From: Nageia nagi
Taxonomy: Eukaryota; Plantae; Pinophyta
Assembly (NCBI GenBank): GCA_050084985.1
Contig: JBITNC010000002.1
Span: forward strand, 19,158,001-19,222,000
Direction of reading: 5' to 3'
DNA length: 64,000 nucleotides
Shown here piece by piece: positions 1 through 11,852 of the stretch (positions within the stretch are counted from its first letter, which is position 1; every line of letters begins with the position of its first letter). The notes under the pieces were generated by a model. That model was given only the letters and a program-made list of their open reading frames with translations, had not been told where the DNA came from and ran no database searches. Position numbers and translations under genes: made by a program.

Positions 1-3000
1 GACTAGCAAGTGTCATGGGAAATATTCGTAGCATTAAGATATCATCATTGGTAATTAAATAACTGAAATACTTAAATTTTCTTAAATGTTCTTTAGGATC
101 TTGTTTTCCTTTAAAAGGTTCAATTTTAGGGATTTCAAACTTATAAGGTATATCCTTTTTTGGAACACTTGGATGTATTGGTTCACTACAAATTGTCTCA
201 TATAAAAGGTTGTCCTTTTTCTATTTAAGTAATACTTCTATCTCTTTTAACCATTTTGTTACCTAATTATCTTCTTTACCCATTTTTGGTTGAATTTTGG
301 ATGAAATAATTTTAGGATCATTTTCTTCTTGATATCCTTGGGAGGCTTCTAGTAGTAATCTAGAATAACCTTGATTATAAGGAACAACTTGTTATTGTGG
401 TTGTTGATAAGTTACCATTTGTGTTTGAGGAACTTGTTGTGAAGTTTCCATTACTTGTAATGGTTGTGGTACTTGATAATTTTTTTGTACATACTATGGT
501 TATTGTTGGATCATAGGTTGATATTCTATCTTTTGACCCTCAGGTGGCATTTATTTGATAAGTTGATAATTTGGTAATTTACCTTGCACTTGGGGATAAG
601 ATATAGCTTGTTGATTTGGTTGTTGAGTATATGATTGTTGTTGAAATTATGAAACCACTTGTTTATTTTAATATGGTTGAATGACTTGTGAATTTAGTTG
701 CTAAATAGGTAGATACCTATTTTGAAATATAGGTTGTTGTAACTGAACTTATGGTTGTTGATATGAAGTTTGATATTGATGTGGCATTGTTTGAATCTAC
801 TTTTGTTAAGGCATTTGTTGTAAAGGAACTATTTGAGGAATAGATTATCCTTTTTGTATATAATACATGAAATTTTGTGATTGATTTTGTTTATCACTTA
901 AAGCCAATCCTTGTGTTGATTTGTAATAGGGATTTACTTGTATGTTTTGTGCTTGTGATGTTAAGGTTTATGCTTTTAGAGTTTGTAGTACTGGTATTAT
1001 ACTTTGAATTTGCTAACTTGTTGTATGAACAATACTAGCTTATTCTTGATACATTGGTTTTTTTCCTTTTTATTACACCTATACCACATGACCTTGTGTT
1101 TGCACTTATGGTCATATAGGAGTTTGACTTTGTTGAGGCATATCTAATATATATTCATATCTAGGTGTTTTAGGATTTTGATTTTCTTGTCACATACCTA
1201 AATTATTTCATATTTGTTATGGCATTTGGAATTTTTGGATCATCCCTCATGTATTTTGAATTTGATATGGAAATTGTTATTAAATATCAGAAGCTTGTAA
1301 TACAACTTGAGGATCTCCTGTCTATTGAAAAGGTATTGGATATTGTTGAGTAAACTTAATTAACTCTTGTTCTTTTTTTACTTTTAAAGCTTGATCATAT
1401 TTTTGTAAATTTTGTTAAAACTCTTCTTGTGTAAGTTTTGGTAATGCTTTTTCCTTTGTATGCATATATGGAGGAATTGGTTGTAAAATTTATCAGTTAC
1501 TACTAGATTCTAGTAACTATGATAATTTTTTAAATGGCACAATTTACAAATCTGAGTGCATTGTTGATGTAACAAGATTCTTGTAAGGGTTTTATTTTGG
1601 TTGCAAAAGCTGATAAGGATTATAAAATGAAGTAAATCCTTCTAAATTTTGTGACATAGGACTATCTGTATGTATAGATACCTTATCATACATGTCTTGC
1701 ATCTCTCTCAAAATTAATGATGGTGTATAATCTGATTGTCTAACATAGGAAAGAACAAATGAACCATCTAGTAAATATTTCTTAACTTTTACATACTTTG
1801 GTTTAAACACTCCCTTTTGTAATATAGGGTCAGTTGTATGTGTACTTGATGGGAGTTTTAATTCATTTGGAATTTGTATAGATGATTCTAAATGTAATTT
1901 ATCTAAATCATAATGAATACCACATGGAGAAAGTCTATGAACATGAGGAGAAGCATGACGTATACATAATTGAGTTAATTTTCTTCTAGCTTCTATCAAT
2001 GTAAGATCATGCTTTGTATATGTTTCTTGTGTTGTAATAAGTCTTTCAATATTTTTTTTTCAAAAGATTCTTGAATTGGATTAGTTTCAAAATCTTCTAG
2101 ATACACTTCTTGAAGCAATGGTGCAATATTTGATTCACAATGTAGAACTTGTTGTAGCAAATATAAGCTAGTTCTATTTATTTCTTCTAAATTAATGGAA
2201 CTTGGAACTTCTCTACCTTATCGAGTTATTTTTGAATGAGTTTGGACCATATTTCAAAAAACATAAAATGCAACTAAGCTATATTTTTTAACTTTTGTGA
2301 TTTTTATGTGTACAAGAAAATAATTGTGCACAAACATCCTACATGCATGCATATACTTGTTGATATGTTTATCTTATCTTAAACTAGTAATTGTAACAAA
2401 AAATCTTTTTTTTTTAGATTCTTTTTAATGTAATTTATTTGTTCTTAAATTTGTTTGTTCTAATCAAGTATTTTAATAGGTTAAGCTAGTATTACTAAAG
2501 GATGTCTAAAGAGAAGTCACAACTTGGTACCTAAAAAATATACTTATACTTAACAAAAAATAAAATAAAATATAAAATTCCAATGAAATGTAACTTAAAA
2601 AATAAAATATACTTATGCAAACTATCCCTCTCAAGCATTCATGTCTATTTTTATCTTTATTTTAATGTGATAACAAATAGAATTTTAATTAAATGAATCT
2701 TGATCTAAAAACCCCCATTGTTCTTTTTAGTTATTATGTTAAGTGAGATTCATTAACCAACTTTAAATGAGATTCATTAACTCCTTCTAGCTGTGGAAGT
2801 ATTATGTGTGGTAAATTACCTCTTATTACTAGTCACATTCAACCTTCAACCTCCATTGGAGTGGTAAGGGTAGACTTAGTAAGAAGCCATTATGTGTAGA
2901 AAATTAATTAAAATGGGATTCAATTACCTCTTTAAGAGTCACATATCCCTTTGACCTCCATTGGAGTGGTAAAGGTAGACATCTTCAAGAGTGTTAATGT

Positions 3001-3567
3001 GAGGTTCATTCCAAAACAAAGTGAATTCATTTCCTCTTTCATTCTTTTCTCAAATTGCTTAGGATCACTAATAGTGCAAGAACAAAGGCCTACTTAGCGA
3101 ATGAAAGTTTTAAATGTGAAAATAATCCCAAATAATTAACATACTATTTAATGATTTAACTATCCAAGATCTTGATTCATTTACCTTAAGTTCATTCCAA
3201 GCTTAATTATGATTCATTTACCCCTTCCAATTGTGGAAGTAACTTAATTCAATTCTTTCCAAATTATGTGAAAACATGAAAAATGTTCATTTATTTTTTA
3301 TTATCAAATCCATTCTAGTCACCGAAGATCACCTTTCAGCATAAAGGGAGAGCATATATGGATATGATAACAAAAGTTTTTTATATAAGTATAATGATCC
3401 CTAAAAAAAAAAGAAACCCCAAAAAACACTTAAATATCAAATCACTTTTCATATGTAAAATAACTTTAACATTTTATCTACCCTTTCTTGTATGCACTTT
3501 GAGTTAAGAAATCACAAGCAAATTGTATATTATTTGCCTCTTTTTGTTTAGTGCCTACATACCAAAA
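1..3567 (-). mobile_element. 5' part of a degenerate Ty3/gypsy (Tat/Ogre-like) element: leader plus Q-rich gag, continuing off the window's left edge
   Basis: Minus strand of 1-210 translates to PYKFEIPKIEPFKGKQDPKEHLRKFKY...DDILMLRIFPMTLAS, a typical retrotransposon gag N-terminal motif. Candidate start MVQTHSK at 2250. Many stops. Possible LTR/PBS junction (ACA-TTT-TGG on minus) near 3555-3570. Confidence 0.75.
2740..3240. repeat. Dispersed short direct repeats in the retrotransposon leader
   Basis: ACCTCCATTGGAGTGGTAA(G/A)GGTAGAC twice (~2849, ~2955); GATTCATT-containing motifs recur several times. Confidence 0.6.
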
Positions 3568-4739
3568 TGTGAAAGGGTATTATGGCACCTGTACTCCAAT
3601 TGCTAATGTTTTGGACAAATCGTTGGCATTCAATATCAGTCATTGATGTTCAGTTATAATCGCTAGTGTTTCCTATAGAATTCCTACAAAAACATAAATT
3701 ATAGAATTTGAAGTTAGCAAACTGGATAAATTAGATTGATAATAGATGATAGAGAAATTAGAATTAAATATGATAAAGCAAACTCCCTATTTTTAGAGGT
3801 TCAACCCTCCTTCTAACCCCAAAAATGTCAATTAAAAAATCAACCTTGTTAGCAAAAAAGATAAATATAGTTAATACAAACTGAAATTTTATTAATTTTT
3901 TGGAAGACCTTGGTATTATAGATTATAGATCACTAAATCTGGTTTGCCTTATGAAAGGGCTTTTCTCAAATGCATGTATAAAATAGGCTATTCAAGTATA
4001 TGGATGGAAGGTCATCGACAACCCTTATTAGAACGCTAACGATTGATGTGGAATATCGATGCTTGATATCAATCATTAGCATTTCTATAACTTTAAATTT
4101 TTTGATTGATTTTAATCACTTTGTGATTTTATCTTTGACCATTTATGTTGAAAATATCTCCAAATTTTGTTACGTCTCAGCACCTATATGACCTATACAC
4201 ATGCTTAAATAAAACATTAAACATACCTGCACTTCTTAAAATCTTAACATAATGTAGTAAAAATATGTAATAGTAATAAAATCAAAATAAACCTTATAAT
4301 GATTTGGTTCTATCCTCATTTTGACAGCATAAATTTACTTCAAATTTCCCCATTCCTATTGTCTATTTGCTAAAGTTATTTATAGATTTTCTAATGGGTA
4401 CTTGTGGAATTCTTCAAGGCTGGAAAGGGGGAGTCAAAGTTTATCACTAGCTCAAAATAGAGAATGGCTTGTGCATCTAGTGCCAATGTTGGTAATGACT
4501 AACCCTCTCTATCCCTAGTTTCTTAAAGAAGATGAGACTTATAGTTCATCTTCTATTTTTTATATTTTGTTTTTTCCATTACAGAGTCATCGATGATCAT
4601 AAGAAAATGCTAGTGACCTTTACTGATTGCTAATGATTGTATCCTAATCATTGATATTTTAAGTCTTTTGATTTTTTAATGTATAAGTGGATCGTATTTT
4701 GATGTCTATAATAATCATGCATAATTAGGAATTATTCAA

Positions 4740-5050
4740 ACCAATCATCCCTTAATCACATCTAAGAATGGGACATGTACCTCATGATGATAAGCACCAT
4801 ATTATGTAGCATGGCTAGGAAATATTCAAGCCAACCATGTCCCTAAGTCACCTTTTTTGGTTGGGTATCAACTAACCTTCATCTTTTGGTTACCTTTATT
4901 GGTTGGGTCTCAACTAACCATCACCATGTAGTTATTTTCATATGTTGCATCTAGGAATGGGGCATGTACCTCATGACAATGTTAACATATATGGTTACGA
5001 TTGCATGTCTTCCATATAGGAATGGGGCATGTACCCCATGAAAATATGGA
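4740..5050 (+). repeat. Short repeats in the 3' UTR of a Tat/Ogre-like element
   Basis: GAATGGG(A/G)CATGTACC(T/C)CATGA x3 (~4766, ~4955, ~5020) and GGTTGGGT(A/C)TCAACTAACC x2, upstream of a PPT. Confidence 0.6.
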
Positions 5051-5483
5051 CACACCTTTATCATGATTTCTTATGCATGCATATAAGAATAAAATATTGA
5101 GTATTTTTGTATTTTATGTTCTCAATATGATGTATGCATTAATTTCATCCTTGCTCCATTATTGCCATATCATTTGTGATGAAATGCTATGATTGTCTCT
5201 CTCATTATGAATGTTATATATTTTATAAGTTAACAACCATATATGTTCTTAGAAGTGTGTACCTCTCATTTTTAGGTTTCATTCTTTACTCTTAGTTGAT
5301 TAGACTACATGTAAGCTATTACATCTCATAACCAAGGCAAATATGGGGTAATATATATATCATCAAATCATTGATGATCCAAATAGCTATGTATCAATTT
5401 TTTCTTCACTTTATATTGATTTCCTTTGCAAGCATAATGTCATTTCAAGATTCAATTTCATTATACTTATGAAGGGGGGCATC

Positions 5484-6288
5484 TGTTGACACCTAAAAGT
5501 GGTCCCCTTAATATGGTCCCAATTAGGTACAACTTTATACACATATTTGATCATATTTTAGTCATATTTTATCTTATTATCATATTATTCTCAGGTTGTA
5601 TTCTTATATTTTATGTTAGGTACATTCAAACGATTTCAACCTATATTTGAGGGATCAAATGGTGATATCATGCTTGATATAAATGTAAGTATCTCTAACC
5701 TAGGGAAAGCATGTCGAGATTACATCTCAATAGTTAGTATGCTACTCATGGGTATTTCTAAACATCACTTATTGAGATTAGAATCTTGTTACCACTCAAG
5801 CAAATATTTGTTATCCACTTCTACAATCATATGCTCAGTTCAATTTTTCATCATCTTTATTTTCATTGATCCTTGTTGGTGAATCTCATTGTTTAATAAC
5901 ATTCATGCCCACACTGACATTCGTGTCTGCAATGAGCTATCAAGGATTAATGTCTAGGCTGGTGTTCCTTTTACAATTGGCCTTGGGGTTTACATTGCAA
6001 GTTCATTACTCTTTGACATGTTTATTTGTCATGTCCTTGATATTGATATAGGTAAGGACACGTAAGTTGTTATCTTTTACTTGATTCCTTTCTCTTTAGT
6101 GCATGTAGGTTGTTTTACATCTGGACATCTGATTTAATTTTGTTATTTTGTTACTACATTATTGTATTCCCTTATTCATGTATGTTTATTTAGGTTAATT
6201 AGCTTAGATAAATCATATAGTAAATATTAATGTGCACTTTGACTCATTTAGAATAAAACCCTAGGTGATACCAAAACACATATCAACA
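5484..6288 (+). mobile_element. 3' LTR of a Tat/Ogre-like retrotransposon
   Basis: Polypurine tract GAAGGGGGGCA at 5471-5481, followed by TGTTGACACC; ends TCAACA at 6288 (TGTTGA...TCAACA inverted termini). Confidence 0.7.
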
Positions 6289-6403
6289 CTATTATTCATC
6301 ATATTAGGTTCCATCTAATTCTAAAAATCAAAATTAGAAAATTTATTATGGGAATTAATATGTGTTAATTCTCCTTAGGGTAAAGGATTATACCATGTAG
6401 TGT

Positions 6404-6800
6404 AGGATATATATTATGTTCTTAAGGATTGGAAAAGATATATATTATGTTCCTAAGGATTGAAAAGGATATCTATTATACCTTCTCATTGTATGCTTGT
6501 TTTGTGATCCAATTGCATAGATATATAGTGGCATATCAGTTACAATGAGATATGAGGTTGGTGTGGTGTCGAACCAATTGCATGGGTATATGTTATTGTA
6601 TTAGTTGTAATGAGAGATTAAAATAGTGTGGTGATGAATCAGTTGCATGTGTAAAATATGTTGAACTAATTGCATGGTTATATAGTATGACATTGATTAC
6701 AATGAAAGATGATATTGGTTTGGTATTGAACTGGTTGAATGTATAAAATATTTTAAATTAGTTGCATGTGTATATGGTGTCATAATAGTTTCATGGATAA
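6404..6800. repeat. Degenerate tandem repeats
   Basis: ~31 bp unit GATATATATTATGTTC(T/C)TAAGGATTG(G/A)AAA about 2.5 copies, then repeated GAACCAATTGCATG-like units. Confidence 0.55.
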
Positions 6801-7139
6801 GGTACCAAAATGATTTGAATGACATATGAAATCAAAGTTGTTCCAACTAATTGTAGATAATTTTTTAAAAATTATGAATTTAATAAATGTATTTTAGTAA
6901 ATAAAAATACTAATACTTCAATTACATCCTATGAAAAGAATATATATGGAATATTGACATACAAAAATACATGTATGAATAGGATATACAACACAACAAA
7001 GTTTGTGCCCAATGGTTTGTAATTTTTTAGCCAATTTTTTACATCATTTTTCAAAATTTGTATAAAAGCCACCTAACAATTTATACAATTCTTTAAAATT
7101 TGACCATCGTTTCTAATTAGGTTTCTAGTAGATTCTTTG

Positions 7140-7860
7140 GGATTTTATGGGTCAATTTTAGAGGAGAGGTCTTAAAATTTACCTTGCACATCCCATGGAT
7201 TCATGTGCAATGCTTTATCAAGTGGGGAATCAAGTCAATCACTATAGTTTTCTCTCACTAAATCTAGGATTAAGATCTCTAGGTATTTCTATAATTTAAA
7301 AAATTCATATAATGAAACCTTTGATGTTATTAAGGAGAACATACCTTATCACATGCTCCATAAATTTGATGTTTACTCATAGATATATTGGTAGAAGGAT
7401 TGGAGTTGGTTTATTGATAAATTTTTCTCAATTATAGAGCTATTTAAGGTTATTCATGATCATTCCTGCACTTGCCTAATATAGAAAAGTTTAATGTAAG
7501 GTGGTCTCTTCACTTATCTAGAACTCTTTGTGCCTTCAAATTTCAAATACGTTGGGCCTCCTATATATATATGAATGTATTAGAATTATAATAGAGCTCA
7601 AGTTTTCTTAGAGATGGACTTTTTCCATCTTCCTTCCTTTCCTACTTAACTAGTTTACATGCTAACAAATTATTTTGAAAGATCTGCTAGATTTCTTAAA
7701 CTATATGTGGGAAGTTTAAATCTCTTTCCAATTAGTATATTATGCTTTATATGGAATGCTAGAAATGAAATCATTTTCTCTAAATATTATCCTATTATGT
7801 CCTTTATATTTTTGATAAAGTTATTATTGTATCCTATTTGCTTCTCTAGATCTTGATCTT
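7140..7860 (+). mobile_element. Degenerate LINE ORF2 C-terminal fragment
   Basis: ORF 7659-7856 contains CFIWNARNEIIF, matching the W-x-IW-x-x-RN-x-x-x-F motif that follows zf-RVT in plant L1 ORF2. Confidence 0.5.
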
Positions 7861-8899
7861 AGTTGACAAGGTGGTGATGGAGCTTGAACACTTGCAAATG
7901 TTTATTTGCCACTAGGGAAACACCCCTTATACTATGAGTCATGTCCCACATGTGTAGTCAAATAGGATATATCACACTCTTGTCAATATTATCATCCATT
8001 TATGTAGGATTATTATAGATCCCCAACTTGTCATGAATCATAGCCATCACATCATGTGATGTCTTGAAGTTCCCCTTAGCCTAGCATACTTTATTATATC
8101 GGCAGTTCAAACACATGCTCAAAGGAACTAAAATCCATCATTGGATGGTCTAATTATTAACATCTAGGGCTAGACGGATTTCAATGGGTGCTATCTTACC
8201 ATAATAATAAAGACCCATTGAATCTAAGTGGTGACTATGATGATCTTTCCTTCACCCCTAAGATTATATAAGTATTATTCCCAAAACTCCTTTAGTTTAT
8301 TTTTAGAATATTGTTACTTTTTTATATTTCTTAACCTACTAACATGAATTAATTTGAAGAACTCATATAAAAATATACTTTATCAATTCATAACTTTTTA
8401 TTGTAAAATGATTATATATTTTTAAATATAATATCTTTTCATTCAAAATTTTAAAAAAATATGATAAATTTAATAATATAAATAATAATAAGAATTCACC
8501 CGCACCTTTAGCACCAAGTAAAAGGTTAAAAGAAATTCATGTCCTCTTCCAACCTTCCTAAAAATCATTTTAGCGTTCTTTGAGCGTTCTTACATTTCTT
8601 TAATAATGATTGTCCCAAAAAATGTGCAAATTTGCTTTCATTTTGACTTTATTTTAACAAGTACAAAAAAAAATCATCAAAGTAGAAAACTGACTGGAAA
8701 AACAGTAGTAACACAAAAACTCTTTGCTCTGATTTGTTGCAGGTGTGATATTACAATCGATGTGAGAGATGTGAAGCTGTATGTTCATGTTTCCTTTCGT
8801 CTATGGCCCATGTCTGCTGACTCTCTACAACTAACCACACATAAAATCCATTTTCTTGTCCACGATGATTTGACTGCAACTGGAGGCCGAAATCTTGGT

Positions 8900-9962
8900 T
8901 CACAGGTTTTCTGCAACACTACTTAGAATATTCCTCCAATAGACTTGTTCATCCTCAACCTTCTCCATTACAATTTTCTCCTTTTCCTCGGAAGCTCCTG
9001 CTGAATTCAGGAAAAACTCAAATGGAACCCCATATGATTCATCACATGTAGCACTAAAAGGACTACTGGTACTACTGCTCATATTGGCATTCATGTTCGC
9101 CATTGATGAAGAAGTCTCAGGAACCAAATCACCGTCGTTGTATACCCCTGAAGACGATGTGGTCGACACAAGTCTTGGCAGATCAGACTCTGCATCGCTC
9201 TTAGAAAACCCCGAAAGGTGATTTTCAGGCCACATTATCGAAGTATCTAAAGCCAGCGATGAGTTAATGTCATGGGTTTTGGAAGGCTGCTGATGAGACA
9301 CCAAATTCCAAGCATTTATCAAATTGTCATAGGCGTCGTGTGGATTGGAATTCTGATCTGGAATTGCAGTAATCTGTGAATTTATCATGGGAGGAGAGAA
9401 CGACGGTTCAGAACTACTATTGTAGTGGTGATTTAGGTGGGTGCTAAGGCCATCCAGAGTGGGAGTGGGGGACAAATGCTGCAGATTATTCATGATATGA
9501 GATTGGGAATATTGCAATTGATGCAGAGCCTGGATAATTAATGTATTGTACTCTAAGGATTCTGGGTGATTCTGTGGATTTTGAGCCAAAATCTGAGACA
9601 ATATAGAATCGGTGCTAAGATCTGGCCTAGAGAAGGTACTCTCAGCCTCCAATTGAGATCTCATCCAAAGGTCGGCTGCATTTATTGCTCCCGTATTTTG
9701 AGTATTGGAAGCAATTCTCAGATAATACTGTCTCATCAAGTCTTCCTGCAGCCTTGCGTTCTCCCACTCAGTGGTCATGTGTAAGAAACCAGCGGACCCG
9801 AGGAACTGATTCATGTCGGCAAAATTAAAAACATCCATCATTGGCCAGTGGGTCACAGGATCTATTCCCATCTGGAGCAGGCGTTTTCTGAGTCGGGAAT
9901 TCCAGTAGTTTTTTATCTCATTATCTGTCCTCCCCGGAAGACGTGCAGCAATGGCAGACCAC
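8900..9962 (-). CDS. R2R3-MYB transcription factor, exon 3 (1063 bp: end of R3 and C-terminal domain)
   Basis: Acceptor CCAG|G at 9963/9962. Reads (K)[38 protein letters not shown] and is open to TGA at 8900. Total CDS 133+130+1063=1326 bp, 441 aa. Confidence 0.96.
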
Positions 9963-10051
9963 CTGGACACAGCACCACTATTAGCTAAAAAAAAGGTATT
10001 AAACTAATCAACAACACCAATTAAAAAGCTAAAATTTTCTGTAAACCTTAC

Positions 10052-10181
10052 TTGTTGCCCATAATGCTGTGGAGTTGAATAATCATCTGCTCCTCGTCGA
10101 AGGAAAACTTTCCTCGTTTGATATCAGGTCTGAGATAATTAGTCCATCGTAGCCTGCAGCTCTTCCCGCACCTCAACAATC
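10052..10181 (-). CDS. R2R3-MYB exon 2 (130 bp)
   Basis: TTTTCAG|GA acceptor; [42 protein letters not shown]; donor AA|GTAAG. Canonical 130-bp exon; intron 2 is 9963-10051 (89 bp). Confidence 0.97.
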
Positions 10182-10271
10182 CTGAAAACAAACAAAACGT
10201 AAGAAACCCAAAAACCACAAAAAAACTATGTTATAACTTGTAGAAACACAGGAACAATAAAAACCCACAAC

Positions 10272-10404
10272 CTGCACGTTTCGGAAGCGTTCGCCAGCTT
10301 CCATGGCCGTTTCGTTTGATGTAATCGACAAGCTTCTGGTCTTCATCGGGCGTCCATGGCCCCTTTTTCACACCCTCCTTATCACAACACGGCGCACGGC
10401 CCAT
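10272..10404 (-). CDS. R2R3-MYB exon 1 (133 bp)
   Basis: ATG at 10404; [45 protein letters not shown]; donor G|GT at 10272/10271. Canonical 133-bp exon; intron 1 is 10182-10271 (90 bp). Confidence 0.97.
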
Positions 10405-10499
10405 TTTTGACAGAATCTCTACAAGCCAAACTTTTTTTGCTGCTAGATCATCAGAGGAAGATCGTTTCAGGATTGGAACAAGATGAAATCAAAACCGGA

Positions 10500-10700
10500 G
10501 GAATTCTGTATAGAGTCCCAACTATATAAAAGGAGAGATTTTCAGAGGGTCACTATTAAGATGAAAAGTCAACTTAGAGATGGAGCAGAAATACTCGACC
10601 GCCCAAATCTATGTGCATACGATGTTTGACCAACGCGCGTTCCACAACGTGTCCACCGCCTCCTTTGACATTTTAGATATTCTGATGCCCATGAAAGCGA
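10500..10700 (-). promoter_or_regulatory. Proximal MYB promoter: TATA-like box, W-boxes, CGCG box
   Basis: TATATAAA at 10523-10530, ~120 bp upstream of the ATG. W-boxes AGTCAA (10567-10572) and TTGACC (10626-10631); CGCGTT (10636-10641); ACGTG nearby. CpG is retained. Confidence 0.6.
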
Positions 10701-11299
10701 ATGCCGGCCTAACCTTTTTTAAACCCTGCTTTGCATATTTACATCACACAAATCAGCAGCTTTAAGTTTCTACCTTTCGTGTTGGGTGAATCTACGCCAC
10801 ATTACTTGATAATAATTTGAGTTATAACACGTAGCCTGTCCTGTAGCGTGGAACAGGGAAGAGGCATCCACCATAGAATTTTTATTAGGGCTTCAAATCC
10901 TCGAGGTATCACCGGCTCCCCCACATCTCCAATTAAATACTCGAAATTTTTCTAGGACTATCATTATTTTGAACGAAAACTATTTGTTTAAAGAGGACAG
11001 GATCTTACGAATCGTCGAACACGGATTTGAAGAATTGATAGTTGATTATTAGTTTAATGTGTTTTTTAAAGCATGATTCTTGGTCGTGATAAAGTAGTTA
11101 AGAGCATTCATATGACCTTAGACATTTCCCACAAGTACTCACAAATAAATGCGTGGTGTCATAATTTACGAGTTTGATTCTTGGTTGTTACTGGAGAGAC
11201 ATTTTCAACTAGTACTCACACATGTTAATTTGATATGTAGAACTCTAATGATTTTCTTCTATAAAGTTGAGGTTACTAGTCTATAGTTGGATCGTAAGC

Positions 11300-11850
11300 T
11301 ACGATAGTTCTATCATGTGAATAGGTATCGAAAAGTGGTGATTTCGCTAAGTGTAATTAATAATAAAGTATTGAAGTTTAATTTTCAATAAAAAAATAAT
11401 AAAATCAAAAAGGAGTTATCAATATCTAGTAATTTATGGCGAAACATAAGGTACTTTTTGGGTCACCAAAATAGGATTGCGCTAATAGTGCCAAAGGAAC
11501 ATGTTGGTAAAGTGGCAACTTGTAATAAAAGGATGTCATATTATATATGGATGGAAAGGAAAATAAGTCTAATTTTTAGAAATAAACTACCCATAAATAA
11601 TAAAGTAAGATCATTATGAAAAATCTTAGGTGAAAGTGAATGTATTCAACGACTACTATTGAGGAAGAATGGATAAGTGCACTACATGGAATTATTGATA
11701 GAGGTACCAATTTCCATATAAAATATAGCGAATCTTATATGGTTGGAAAGGTATCTAAAATCAATATCTAACACAAGAAAAACTACCTAAAAAGGAGATC
11801 CAAAACAAAAGTTATTGCTCTCGAAAGAAAATTGGTCTTTAATAAGGTAA
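11300..11850 (+). mobile_element. Highly degenerate Ty1/copia gag-protease fragment
   Basis: TGGAATTATTGATAGAGGT near 11690 resembles a frameshifted WIIDSG protease motif, preceded by a zinc-knuckle-like stretch; badly eroded. Confidence 0.35.
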
Positions 11851-11852
11851 AT

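Noticed and set aside
8606-9784. Plus-strand ORFs 8606-8926 and 9566-9784
   Set aside because: Antisense shadows of the MYB exon and 3' UTR with no recognisable motifs.
9880-9940. miR858/miR828 target sites in MYB R3
   Set aside because: By-eye pairing gives about three mismatches plus several G:U pairs for miR858, and the NSRL codons break the miR828 site.
8900-9970. ORF-track 356-aa protein starting MSRW
   Set aside because: The start lies in intron 2; it is exon 3 of the spliced MYB.
10854-10866. CAGGGAAGAGGCA, a 13-nt match to miR408 complement
   Set aside because: The match does not extend to 21 nt and there is no long hairpin; likely chance.
11070-11225. tRNA/SINE-like A/B-box remnants and a short duplication
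   Set aside because: Too degenerate; no cloverleaf, tail or TSD is supportable.
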